NCBI GenBank assembly: GCA_963706445.1
Contig: OY970160.1
Coordinates: 1,056,001 to 1,120,000, forward strand
Source of the DNA: an uncultured Nitrososphaerales archaeon
Lineage (GTDB): Archaea; Thermoproteota; Nitrososphaeria; Nitrososphaerales; Gagatemarchaeaceae
DNA length: 64,000 nt
Direction of reading: 5' to 3'
In this document: piece by piece, positions 29,965-41,827 of the stretch
How positions within the stretch are numbered: position 1 is the first letter of the stretch
Layout of the letters: each line of letters begins with the position of its first letter
Translations under genes and position numbers: made by a program
Notes under the pieces: model-generated
Seen by the model: only the letters and a program-made list of their open reading frames with translations
What the model was told of the DNA's origin: nothing
The model's database searches: none

Positions 29965-30147
29965 ATGAAATGCTTCTATTGCGAAGAGGAGGCTCGAGCT
30001 ATCTGTAAAGATTGCGGCCGTGCCAGTTGCAAAGAACACGGCACAACTACGGTTCATCATGCCCACGTTACTGCTGGCTTCGAATTCGTCTGCAAGGACT
30101 GCCAGAGGGCATCGCACGATCCAGCGATCGAGGTTCCGACCCCCTAG
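29965..30147 (+). CDS. small Cys/His-rich Zn-finger-like protein
   Basis: 60 aa: CFYC-x6-CKDC-x4-CKEH...HHAH...CKDC; divergent from arsR. Confidence 0.65.
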   Translation: MKCFYCEEEARAICKDCGRASCKEHGTTTVHHAHVTAGFEFVCKDCQRASHDPAIEVPTP

Positions 30148-30253
30148 CCTTTCACAAAAGCCGAACAGAATTGGCTGGTAGCGGGCGGTATCATGCTTGA
30201 GTGGACCTAGGAGTTCCACGGCCACCGCTGGCCGTTCATGCTCCTCGGCGATT

Positions 30254-30405
30254 CTATGGTTTCAGGCCGTTTGATACGCGTCTGCCGAGTTCGCGCTCTG
30301 CCTTGCCGAGGTTTTCCACCATTCGTTTCTGGATGCTCCTATTGGCGTAGCTCAGGGAATCTGTGATGTTGTCTACAGGGTGTGCCTGCTCTGTCTCGCA
30401 GAGCG
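30254..30405 (-). pseudogene. possible C-terminal remnant of a monofunctional heme catalase
   Basis: Translation ETEQAHPVDNITDSLSYANRSIQKRMVENLGKAERELGRRVSNGLK resembles the catalase C-terminal helical pattern (E..RLV.NI...L......IQ.R....F.KAD..YG.RVA.GL); no upstream catalase body. Confidence 0.45.
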
Positions 30406-30525
30406 AGAAGGTCTCATCTCGACAGGATAGCCAAACCAGATATTCCCGAGCTCCGTTCATGGACGGAGTGTTGGAATGTCAATTGCACAAAACTAATATC
30501 GTTGGACAATGGCTTCGTCTAGTAA

Positions 30526-32721
<2,196 letters not shown>

Positions 32722-32864
32722 CTAATCAGGTTCCACTCTGAGCTAATTGCTTACCGGGCCGGAACCCACGATTCAAAGGAGGCAGATTTGCAGATTATGG
32801 TGGTCAAATCTCGACGGGCCCGCTTGACACTATGTGCAAGTAGTTGAATCCCCACCCCACATGT

Positions 32865-32888
32865 TGGGTGAGAGTCCCACCCCCCGCA
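32865..32888 (+). repeat. att-like direct repeat of the tRNA-Leu 3' end
   Basis: TGGGTGAGAGTCCCACCCCCCGCA vs tRNA 26921-26944 TGGGTTCGAATCCCACCCCCCGCA: 21/24 identical, last 14 exact. Confidence 0.8.
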
Positions 32889-32942
32889 TATCGATTTCGT
32901 CAGACCTTTGCTTAGGAATCTCAGTCGAGTTTTCCTTTGAAA

Positions 32943-33488
32943 TCAGTTCGTGGAAATGGCCGGAGGCGGGGTCTTGGCTGTTTCCTCATCCTCAGGTCCC
33001 TCGTCGTCGTTCCAAAGGGAATTCTTTCCAAAGAAAAGGAGGTAGCTTATCACGACGAAGTCGACCAGAATGGCCGCATGCATTATCGTGCAATACACGC
33101 AGATGGCGTGCAGCAGGAAGAGCTCTACAAATATGAGGTACGGGACTATGGCCACCCCAAGGAAGCGCCAAGCGAACAGGACGTTGGTCGTGGTCCTGGC
33201 TGCCCTTTCAGGACCGAAGGCAATTATGAACACCATGGAGACGTTGACGAGGAAGTAGACCAGTGCGAGAACCTCCAGCGGGATGCCGAACACCTTGCTG
33301 TAGGAGCTCGACAGGACCTCTCCGCAGTCAAGCCGGATGTTGAATCCAAAGATGTTATAATTTCCCGTAGGGCAAAGCGGCAATTGCTGGCCAAGCGTGT
33401 AGAAGATGACCAGGACCGTCGAAGACGCCCATATACCGACGGCGGACATCGCCAGCAGAATGATGAGCTTCAGCTTCGAGATTCTCAA
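32943..33488 (-). CDS. vitamin K epoxide reductase (VKOR) family protein
   Basis: C...DCGEVLSSSYSKVFGIP loop cysteines and the CVYC redox motif in a TM helix. Confidence 0.9.
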   Translation of the reverse strand: MRISKLKLIILLAMSAVGIWASSTVLVIFYTLGQQLPLCPTGNYNIFGFNIRLDCGEVLSSSYSKVFGIPLEVLALVYFLVNVSMVFIIAFGPERAARTTTNVLFAWRFLGVAIVPYLIFVELFLLHAICVYCTIMHAAILVDFVVISYLLFFGKNSLWNDDEGPEDEETAKTPPPAISTN

Positions 33489-33552
33489 CTAGCTCGCCTT
33501 TGGTTCCACGATGATCGCCACGCCCCGGAGGCAGGTCATGTTAGACGTCCGC

Positions 33553-34449
33553 TCAACCAAACCGCTTCGCGGAAGGGGGCCCGGACGGGGTCTGCACCAG
33601 AATGGGAGAGGTGGCCTGAGAAAGCACAGACAATGCACCATAGGTCGGTCCGGCAATGGCCGAAGTGGCTGAGCCTATGGGGGGCGCAGAGCAGACGGCG
33701 GCCGGCGAACCAGACGTTGCTTTGCAAATGACGGCCGTAATCATGTTTGCCGCTTGACGGATCTGTAGCCCTGTGCTGTCTGATGTCGATATTTCATTCA
33801 GGATGCTTGTCCAGTTCCCTCCCGTCAATATGTCGGGGAAGGCGAGAAGGGAGACCTTGATGACGTACGTGTTACCCATGTTCACAAAAGGAAAGCCGTT
33901 CCCAAATGTCGTCCATACCGAAGAGTAGTTGGCTGGGACCGTCTGGAGAGCGTTTCCCGCCCTGTCCTCAGCCTCGAAGGCCTTGAAGACGATGTAGTTG
34001 CTGGAATAGCTGCTCCCGACGAAGGTGAAAGTCGCGTAGTCCCCCTCGTCGTTGGCTGCAGTCATATAATGGAGGTTCGTAAAGTTGCCGAAGCGGTTCA
34101 ACGCCATTATGAGAGCCCACCGCTCGACGGCGCAGTACGGGCAGAATTCGCCGCCCACGAACACCAACTCTGGCTTCCCGTTGGAGACGTAGGGCGACTG
34201 AGCATAATTGTCGACGTCACTCTGCATGGTGGAGGACGGAGCCGGCCCGTACGGCTGACGGCTCACGCTCTGCAGCCCGGCCATTACGGTCGAAGAAATG
34301 GGTACGTTGTCGTACTTGTCCAGGACAGAACCCCCGGAGGCCGTTGAGACGAAGTAGACCCCGACGGCTATGGAGGCGGCGATTATCGCGACTGTCACGT
34401 AGATGGTAATCCTGCGGGTCCTGTCCTTCTTCTTCTGGCGTGCACGCAT
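33553..34449 (-). CDS. membrane-anchored thioredoxin-like protein (DUF929-like)
   Basis: Basic N-terminus plus TM anchor; GGEFCPYCAVERWAL...ALNRFGNFT; GFPF cis-Pro-like loop. Confidence 0.8.
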   Translation of the reverse strand: MRARQKKKDRTRRITIYVTVAIIAASIAVGVYFVSTASGGSVLDKYDNVPISSTVMAGLQSVSRQPYGPAPSSTMQSDVDNYAQSPYVSNGKPELVFVGGEFCPYCAVERWALIMALNRFGNFTNLHYMTAANDEGDYATFTFVGSSYSSNYIVFKAFEAEDRAGNALQTVPANYSSVWTTFGNGFPFVNMGNTYVIKVSLLAFPDILTGGNWTSILNEISTSDSTGLQIRQAANMITAVICKATSGSPAAVCSAPPIGSATSAIAGPTYGALSVLSQATSPILVQTPSGPPSAKRFG

Positions 34450-34541
34450 CTTACGGACACCTTCCCGACGACCTATGTTTAAGCAACTCGGACGCTTTGG
34501 GAGGCAAGGCTTTTAGTCGAATCGCACGCCAGAGCCTCGTT

Positions 34542-36101
34542 TTGCTTTCTTCGGACTTCCAAGCGAGGGAATACCAGAAAAGAATCGCTGACATCGCGGC
34601 GTCAACCAACACCCTGGTGGTGCTCCCCACAGGCCTTGGGAAGACAATCGTCGCCATAATGGTCGCCGCTGAGATGCTCCGCAGGTACCCCGAATCGAAA
34701 GTGTTGGTCCTCGCCCCCACGAGACCGCTGGTGCTACAGCACCTAAGAGCGTTCGGCGCAGAATTGAAGGGACAGGAGGGTCTGATGGCGGCCCTGACGG
34801 GGACGATAGACCCTGGGGAGAGGGAACTGCTCTGGGTGAAATCGAGGTTCATCTTCGCGACCCCGCAGACGGTCTACAACGACGTCCGGTATGGGAGGGT
34901 GTCATTGCGCGATGTGGTGCTGGCCGTGTTCGACGAGGCCCACAGGAGCGTGAAGGACTACACCTACACGAAGTTGGCCACAGCCTACCGCGAAAGCGCA
35001 GAGAACCCGCGCATTCTGGGGCTGACAGCGTCCCCGGGGGCGTCCAAGGAGAAGATCAATGAGATCAAGCGGAACCTGTTCATCGAAGCAGTCGAGGCCA
35101 GGAGCGAGGAGAGCGAGGACGTCAAAGGCTACGTCGAAAAGACAAGTGTCGAGACCATAAGGGTCAAGGTCCCTGACGAATACTACGAGACAACCCTGAG
35201 AATTAGAGAACTCTACAACGACAAGGTCAAGAAGCTGCTCAACGGCGGTTTCCTGAGGAGCAATAGGGTCTCGAAGAAGGCGCTCCTCGAAGCCAGGATC
35301 GCGATCTCCGCACGATTGAGGTCGGCCCAGGCAAGCGGGGGCCAGAGGGGGTACATCTTCGGGGCGATAATGAACCAGGCCCAGGCGGTAGCGATACTCC
35401 ATGCTCTGGAGATGATAGAGACCCAGGGAGCGCCTCCTCTTCTCAGATATCTGGAGAAGATGCGCGAGAGGCCTGACAAGGGCAAAGCAATCACTTCGTT
35501 GATCCGGGACCCGAAGTGGCTCAATGTACAGGAGGAGGCTGAGAAGCTCGCGTCCATCCCTCACCCCAAGGTCGCGGTTGCCCTCGACATCGTGAAGAAG
35601 CAGTTACAAAAGAAGCCTGGCTCCAAAACCATCGTGTTCACCCAGTACAGGGACACCATAGAAGACATCGTGAGGGCGTTCGACAAGGAAGGGATCAGCG
35701 TACAGCGATTCGTCGGGCAGTCGGACAGGGAGGGGAGCAAGGGGATGGACCAGCAGTTGCAGACGAAGACCCTGGACCTGTTCCGAAAGGGGGAGTTCGC
35801 GGTCCTCGTGAGCAGTAGTATCGGGGAGGAGGGGCTCCACGTCCCCGACGTCGACCTTGTGATATTCTACGAAGCCGTCCCTTCGGAGATCCGCTACATC
35901 CAGCGGCGGGGGAGGACAGGAAGGACGACAGAAGGGAGGGTGGTCATACTCCTTGCCGAAGGGACGGTCGACGAGGCATACTACTACAGCACCCTGATGA
36001 AGGAAAGCAGGATGAAGGAATTGGTTAGGGAGACCAACCAGAAACCGACGAAGAGAAGGAGTAGGAACCCGACGCTGATGGATTTCGTGCCGGAATCCTA
36101 G
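34542..36101 (+). CDS. Hef/FANCM-type SF2 helicase, no nuclease domain
   Basis: REYQ, LPTGLGKT, DEAH, GLTASPG, GEEGLHVP and QRRGRTGR motifs; ends soon after the helicase domain; TTG at 34542 preferred as start. Confidence 0.9.
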   Translation: MLSSDFQAREYQKRIADIAASTNTLVVLPTGLGKTIVAIMVAAEMLRRYPESKVLVLAPTRPLVLQHLRAFGAELKGQEGLMAALTGTIDPGERELLWVKSRFIFATPQTVYNDVRYGRVSLRDVVLAVFDEAHRSVKDYTYTKLATAYRESAENPRILGLTASPGASKEKINEIKRNLFIEAVEARSEESEDVKGYVEKTSVETIRVKVPDEYYETTLRIRELYNDKVKKLLNGGFLRSNRVSKKALLEARIAISARLRSAQASGGQRGYIFGAIMNQAQAVAILHALEMIETQGAPPLLRYLEKMRERPDKGKAITSLIRDPKWLNVQEEAEKLASIPHPKVAVALDIVKKQLQKKPGSKTIVFTQYRDTIEDIVRAFDKEGISVQRFVGQSDREGSKGMDQQLQTKTLDLFRKGEFAVLVSSSIGEEGLHVPDVDLVIFYEAVPSEIRYIQRRGRTGRTTEGRVVILLAEGTVDEAYYYSTLMKESRMKELVRETNQKPTKRRSRNPTLMDFVPES

Positions 36102-37504
36102 GCTCTGCTGCCGACGACCGAGACCTTGATCAGGTTGGTCGTGCCCTTCATTCCGGGGGTCCCGGAGGTGACGACGATGCGCTCCCCTTTCTTCGCCAGC
36201 CCGAGTTGCTCTGCCGCCAGGTCCGCCCGTTCGAATAGCCAGTCCAAGGTCTTTGCCTGTCTGGAGACTAGGGGGACTACTCCGCGGAATAGTATCAGCC
36301 TCCTGGCGACTGCGTAGTCGGTGCAGATGGCAACGATGGGTTGCCGGGGCCTGTACATCGACACCCTTCTGGCTGTGGAACCGGTCTGCGTTGGGGCTAC
36401 TATCGCCTTGGCACCGACGTAATCGGCGAGCCTGCACGAGGCGCGTGCGATGGCCGAAGCGGTATCGCTGGTTTCCGGTTCGACCAGGGTCCTCGCGTAG
36501 GACTGCATCGACCTCTCCGTAGACCGGGATATCTTGTCGAGCATCCTGACAGCCTCCACTGGATACTTTCCGACCGTTGTCTCATCGGAGAGCATGACAG
36601 CATCAGTCCCGTCCAGGATCGCGGTAGAAACGTCAGTGACCTCTGCCCTGCTCGGGACCGGGAAGTTCACCATGCTGAGGAGCATCTGGGTGGCTACGAT
36701 CACAGGCTTGCCGGCCCCGTTGCATTTCGCTATGATCTCCTTCTGGATAGCTGGAACCGCCTCGATGGGCACCTCGATCCCCAGGTCTCCCCTGGCGACC
36801 ATGATCCCGTCTGCCTCCGAGAGGATTGAGTCGAAGTTGCGGACTGCTTCCTTCTTCTCAATCTTCGCGATCAGCAATGGACCGCCCGCAGGGAGAAGCT
36901 TCCTCACCGCCTTGACATCTGACGGACTCCTGACGAATGACAGTGCAAGGTAGTCGACTCCGTGTCGCACGCCGAACCGGATGTGGCCGAGGTCTTTGCT
37001 AGTGGGGTACTCGATCTTCAGCTTGACGCCGGGAGCATTTACCCCCTTCCCTGAGCTTAGGACCCCGCCAGCCAGCACCGTGCAGATGGCCCCTTCCTTG
37101 GTTGTCTCCTCCACTCTGATCCTGATGGTCCCGTCGGCTAGGTGAAGTAGGTCTCCCTTCTCCACAGACTTTAGCAGCTCCGGGTTGTTGATCGGGATGC
37201 GGGAGGCGTCTCCCTCCACATCAGACGAGGTCAGAAGGACCTGTGAGCCGCGGACGAGGTCGACGGCTCCGTTGACCATCTTCCCCACACGGATTTTCGG
37301 GCCGGGGAGGTCCTGCAGTAACGCAACGGTCATTGCTGCACGCCTAGCCTCCTGCCTGATGGTCCTGATCTCTTCCAGGTGGCTCGGGTGGTCGCCATGG
37401 GAGAAGTTTATCCTGAACAGGTCGACCTTGGTAACTAGCCTGCGGACGATGCGCGGGTCCCTGCTCGACGGACCGATGGTTGCGATGATCTTTGTCTTTC
37501 TCAT
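36098..37504 (-). CDS. pyk: pyruvate kinase
   Basis: TKIIATIGP, RINFSHG, DLPGPKIR, IAKIE, MVARGDLG and ATQML motifs. Confidence 0.96.
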   Translation of the reverse strand: MRKTKIIATIGPSSRDPRIVRRLVTKVDLFRINFSHGDHPSHLEEIRTIRQEARRAAMTVALLQDLPGPKIRVGKMVNGAVDLVRGSQVLLTSSDVEGDASRIPINNPELLKSVEKGDLLHLADGTIRIRVEETTKEGAICTVLAGGVLSSGKGVNAPGVKLKIEYPTSKDLGHIRFGVRHGVDYLALSFVRSPSDVKAVRKLLPAGGPLLIAKIEKKEAVRNFDSILSEADGIMVARGDLGIEVPIEAVPAIQKEIIAKCNGAGKPVIVATQMLLSMVNFPVPSRAEVTDVSTAILDGTDAVMLSDETTVGKYPVEAVRMLDKISRSTERSMQSYARTLVEPETSDTASAIARASCRLADYVGAKAIVAPTQTGSTARRVSMYRPRQPIVAICTDYAVARRLILFRGVVPLVSRQAKTLDWLFERADLAAEQLGLAKKGERIVVTSGTPGMKGTTNLIKVSVVGSRA

Positions 37505-37548
37505 GTCTGGAGGCCTCTACCTGTCTCAGGGTCGGAATAAAGCTAGAC

Positions 37549-38115
37549 CTATGGGGTGTGCTTGGGCCCCTTGGGCGACCGTTGGGCGGGGCCAGCCTCG
37601 GAGAGCTGGGAATCGATCCATTCCAACTGGTTTCCGAGCGCCAGCCGCAGCTCGCGGAGCATGGGCGTCCTCTCTTCCTCTGGCAATTCGGCCACCTTCT
37701 GCTTGAAGACCTCGCCGCCATCCTTAATGCGCCTCAACATCATTGGGACGAAGACGCTCCCCGGGAGCAATTCTGCGAAAAGCCTCCCCATCACGGGCTC
37801 CTTCCTCCCAAGCCCGGCGATCATCCGCCGCGCTTCGTCGAGGCTCCTTTTCCCCTTCGCTGTCAGCGCGTAAGTCTTGCTTACGCCCCCGCCGGACCCA
37901 CCCGACAGCTTCACAAGGCCCTCCTTGAGCAGGCCCTTCAGAAGCGGGTACAAGGTCCCCGCCCCAGGCTTCCACGCACCCTCAGTCTTCTCGTCGATGG
38001 TCTGGATGATAGAGTAACCGGTCTGCGGGCTCCGCGAAAGAAGTGTCATGATGTAGAGCCTCAGGAACCCGCGGGGGACTGTCTGCGGGTGTAGCCAATG
38101 GCGGGGGCTTACCAT
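37549..38115 (-). CDS. PadR family transcriptional regulator
   Basis: GYSIIQ...WKPGAGTLYPLL...YALTAKG; divergent from the ABC genes. Confidence 0.88.
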   Translation of the reverse strand: MVSPRHWLHPQTVPRGFLRLYIMTLLSRSPQTGYSIIQTIDEKTEGAWKPGAGTLYPLLKGLLKEGLVKLSGGSGGGVSKTYALTAKGKRSLDEARRMIAGLGRKEPVMGRLFAELLPGSVFVPMMLRRIKDGGEVFKQKVAELPEEERTPMLRELRLALGNQLEWIDSQLSEAGPAQRSPKGPKHTP

Positions 38116-38140
38116 CTGCCATCACACTCGAACAGGTGTT

Positions 38141-38181
38141 ATTTAAGTAGCATTAGATATCGTATTAGATAATACTTATAT
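38141..38181. promoter_or_regulatory. divergent promoter region with ATTAGATA direct repeats (candidate PadR site)
   Basis: ATTAGATA at 38152-38159 and 38164-38171, between TATA-like boxes of the two divergent genes. Confidence 0.35.
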
Positions 38182-38208
38182 TCCCAATTCCTAAGGGATT
38201 AGGGAGAC

Positions 38209-39234
38209 TTGCCTGACGTCATTAACGTAGAAGACCTCGTCCTTGTCTATTCAGACGGTACGAAGGCCGTGGACGGGATTTCGTTCCAGGTCAACGAAGG
38301 GGAGTTCTTCGGGTTCCTCGGTCCGAATGGTGCAGGCAAGAGCACGACGATCAAGGTTGTCACCACGCTCCTCAAGAAGACCGCGGGGAAGGTCTCGGTC
38401 GAAGGCTTCAACATCGAGAAGGACGCGGAAAAGATCAGGAGGCTGATCGGAGTCCAAAGCCAGGAGACCGTGCTCGATCCGGACCTCACCGCCAAGGAGA
38501 ACATGATGCTTCAGGGCCACCTCCACCAGATGAGCGGGGAGGAGCTCAGGAAGCGGGTGGACGAACTCCTGGGACTCGTGGAATTGACCGACGTCGCTGA
38601 CAAGAGGGCAGGTCGCTTTTCCGGGGGGATGAAGAAGCGGCTGGATCTCGCTTCAGCATTGGTTCACAAGCCAAAGCTGCTCTTCCTTGACGAGCCTACG
38701 ACTGGGCTAGACCCCCAGTCAAGGGCCACCATCTGGGAGTACCTCACCAAGCTCAACAAAGACGAGGGGATTACGATTTTCCTGACCACGCAATACATGG
38801 AAGAGGCTGACAAGCTGTGCAAGAGGCTGTTCATCATAGATCAGGGGAAGATAGTCGCCAACGGGACGCCAGAATCGCTGAAACGCGAGGTGGGGGCCGA
38901 CTCGATCACAATGAAGCTCGAAGATGGAGGATCGTCACCTGAGACCAAGGAGAAAGCGAAACTGGTGCTCGCAGGGATTGAGGGCGTCAGCAAAATCATC
39001 GACTCAGAAGAGGGGATCACTGTCTACGCAAAGAACGCCGGGGCCACTATCGCCAGCATAGTGAGGGCCCTTGACTCGAGCAACATCCACTTGTCGTCTG
39101 TGAACTTCGCATCGCCGACCCTCGACGACGTATTTCTCCAGCACACAGGGAGGAGGATAAGGGCAGAGGAGCTGAACTCCAAGAAGACAACGTTCGCAAG
39201 GTTCGGTGCGGCAAGGAGGCCCATCAGGCAATGA
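38209..39234 (+). CDS. ABC-2 (DrrA-like) exporter ATPase
   Basis: GPNGAGKST, FSGGMKKR and LDEPTTGLDP motifs. Confidence 0.93.
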   Translation: MPDVINVEDLVLVYSDGTKAVDGISFQVNEGEFFGFLGPNGAGKSTTIKVVTTLLKKTAGKVSVEGFNIEKDAEKIRRLIGVQSQETVLDPDLTAKENMMLQGHLHQMSGEELRKRVDELLGLVELTDVADKRAGRFSGGMKKRLDLASALVHKPKLLFLDEPTTGLDPQSRATIWEYLTKLNKDEGITIFLTTQYMEEADKLCKRLFIIDQGKIVANGTPESLKREVGADSITMKLEDGGSSPETKEKAKLVLAGIEGVSKIIDSEEGITVYAKNAGATIASIVRALDSSNIHLSSVNFASPTLDDVFLQHTGRRIRAEELNSKKTTFARFGAARRPIRQ

Positions 39235-40027
39235 GCCTAGCTTCCGACACCTGGCACCTGTTCGTCCGAGCGCTCAAGAAGGTCCTCCGCAACCCGATTC
39301 TGCTCTTCTTCTCCCTGCTCCAGCCCATCATATTCCTGGTCCTTTTCACACAACTCTTCTCAAGGTTCTCTCAGGTGCCGGGTCTCTTTCCACCGGGTAT
39401 CACCTACCTCGAATACGCGACTCCCGGTATCCTGCTGCAGAACGGATTCAGCAGCGCGCTTCAGTCAGGGACATCAATCGTCGACGAGCTCAACTCCGGG
39501 ATGCTCGAGAAGATGCTTGTCACGCCGGTAAATCGGTCGGCGATCCTGCTTGGAAGGCTCCTGTCGGACGCTTTCAGAGTGGTGGTCCAGTCCGTAATCA
39601 TCCTCGTCCTCGCGTACATCCTAGGGTTCAAAGTGGCGGCAGGGGCCGGGGGATCCTCTCGATGCTTGTAGTGATCGCCTTCTTCGGACTTGCCTGGTCC
39701 GGCATATCACTGGCGATAGGGCTGAGGACACGAAGTGCAGAGACCGTGTTCGGCATAGGCGGGTTCCTGACTTTTCCGCTTCTGTTCATGAGCGACGCCC
39801 TGGTTCCCACGTCGGCCATGCCGTCTTGGATGGCGACGGTCTCAGGGTTCAATCCGATCAGCTACGCGGTCGACGCGGTCAGGAGCGTATCGTTGCCGTC
39901 CACCTCCCTCTCCGTCCTGAGCCTCTCCTTGCCTGGAAACGTAGTCACCGCGTTGGTGTACATCGCCGGGATAGCAGTGGTAACACTCGGAGCGACTTTA
40001 TACCTGTTCAGGAAGGTCGTGAAATAG
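39231..40027 (+). pseudogene. ABC-2 permease interrupted by a single-base frameshift (or a sequencing error)
   Basis: N-half in ORF 39231-39671, C-half in the frame ending at 40027; adding one G to the G5 run at 39648-39652 restores ...AGAGGILSMLVV.... Confidence 0.8.
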
Positions 40028-40960
40028 ATGGCACCGTCGCTGGAAGCGGTCAATGTCACGAAGAAGTTTGGAAGTTTCACAGCCGTCAATGACCTCAACC
40101 TGAAAATCACGGGCGCGAAGTGCGTAGGGTTCCTTGGGCCGAACGGGGCCGGTAAGACCACCACCATGAAGATGTTCACGGGCCTCATAACAGCCACGAA
40201 GGGAAATACCCTGATCAACGGGGTGGATGTCAGGAAGGACAAGAAGGCGGCCCTCGCTTCCTGCGCCACACTCATCGAGACGCCCGAGATCTACCCGTCC
40301 CTCACTCCGCGGGAAGCCCTTACGATGCTCTGTGAAATCAGAGGGGTGTCCAAGGAGGACAGGAACAAGAGAATCGACGAGGCGCTCGCTCAGGTGAAGA
40401 TGCAGGACTGGGAGGACAAGAAGACTGGAAGCTTCTCCAAGGGGATGAAGCAGAGGGTAAATGTCGCGTCTACCTTGCTGAGCGACCCGGAGGTCATCAT
40501 ACTCGACGAACCCTCGACCGGGTTGGACCCCAGGGGGATGAGTGAGGTCAGGGATATTGTCAAATCACTTGGCAACAGGCTAGTGTTCATGAGCTCCCAT
40601 CTGCTGGCCGAGGTGACTGAGGTGTGCCAAGAGGTTGCGCTCATAGACCACGGGAAACTGCTGGTCTACGACACGATAGACAACATCACGTCGAAGTTCG
40701 CGAGAGGGAGCGGGGAGGTCAGGATTGGTTTCGCCAGGCCCGTAGACCTTCAGACCGGGACGAAGATTTCCAACCTTGCGGGGGTCACCTCGTACAGCAG
40801 AGTCAGCGACAGGCAGATGGTCGTCAAGTTCGACCCCACAATAATCCCACAGGAGAAGCTCTTCGAGACGATAGCCGGACTAAAGGCCGGGGCCCAGACC
40901 ATCGAGTCGAGCTCAGGGCTCGAAGACGCTTACCTTAGCCTGGTAAAGGAGACGCTCTAA
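40028..40960 (+). CDS. ABC-2 exporter ATPase
   Basis: GPNGAGKTT, FSKGMKQR and LDEPSTGLDP motifs. Confidence 0.93.
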   Translation: MAPSLEAVNVTKKFGSFTAVNDLNLKITGAKCVGFLGPNGAGKTTTMKMFTGLITATKGNTLINGVDVRKDKKAALASCATLIETPEIYPSLTPREALTMLCEIRGVSKEDRNKRIDEALAQVKMQDWEDKKTGSFSKGMKQRVNVASTLLSDPEVIILDEPSTGLDPRGMSEVRDIVKSLGNRLVFMSSHLLAEVTEVCQEVALIDHGKLLVYDTIDNITSKFARGSGEVRIGFARPVDLQTGTKISNLAGVTSYSRVSDRQMVVKFDPTIIPQEKLFETIAGLKAGAQTIESSSGLEDAYLSLVKETL

Positions 40961-40963
40961 GCC

Positions 40964-41827
40964 ATGGAAGCGAGCGACACGCTCCACGCCCGAGTGGGGA
41001 CCCTCACCCAAATCGGGACCATCACGAAATACAACTTCCTGAACTACTTCAGGGCTCGCAGGTTCTACGTCATGCTGGCGATCATCGTCATAATCTCGGG
41101 GCTCCTGACCGGGCTTGTGGCGTATTATCAACCAGCAGCTTTTATCGGAGGAGGCCCCCTGGGATTCTACGGTGCGGGGTGGGGAAGCTTTGCTACGTTC
41201 GTTGTGGTACTCTCTGCGGCTTTCTTCGGCGGCGACGCCATATCAGGGGAGTTCCAGAACAGGACTGGATACTTTCTAGTCCCCAACCCAATCCGGAGGT
41301 CTGCCATCTACGTCGGCAAGTACCTGGCTGCCCTCGCCGCCTCTTCGATAATCCTGGGAGTATTCGCCCTCATAATGATCGGCAACGGACTGTACTACTT
41401 CCCGGGACAATTGCCATGGGAGTTCGTCCAATCGATAATGTACGCCTGGGTCTACCTTATAGCCGCACTTTCGCTCACGTTTGCCTTCAGCTCGCTCTTC
41501 AAGAGCAGCTCAATTTCGATCCTGATGAGCGTGATTCTGCTATTGTTTGTGTTCAATGTGGTTGATGAGGTGGCAACTATCGTGGCAGGCATCGAACCCT
41601 GGTTCTCGATCACCTACGGAGCGGGGATAGTCGCCGACATCCTCAACATCCCCTATCCTATGCACTTCAGCTCTGCGCCCATCTCGGCAGGCGGACCGGG
41701 ATCGAGGTTCAATATATCGACATACCACGCGGGGGTTCCCGAGGGATTGGTGATTCTCGCCATCTACTTTGTGGTTATGGCCATCTTAGGCCTGTGGCTT
41801 TTCGAGAAGAAAGAGTTCACATCCTAG
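40964..41827 (+). CDS. ABC-2 permease
   Basis: About 6 TM segments; DAISGEFQNRTG...PIRRSAIYVGK motif. Confidence 0.88.
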   Translation: MEASDTLHARVGTLTQIGTITKYNFLNYFRARRFYVMLAIIVIISGLLTGLVAYYQPAAFIGGGPLGFYGAGWGSFATFVVVLSAAFFGGDAISGEFQNRTGYFLVPNPIRRSAIYVGKYLAALAASSIILGVFALIMIGNGLYYFPGQLPWEFVQSIMYAWVYLIAALSLTFAFSSLFKSSSISILMSVILLLFVFNVVDEVATIVAGIEPWFSITYGAGIVADILNIPYPMHFSSAPISAGGPGSRFNISTYHAGVPEGLVILAIYFVVMAILGLWLFEKKEFTS

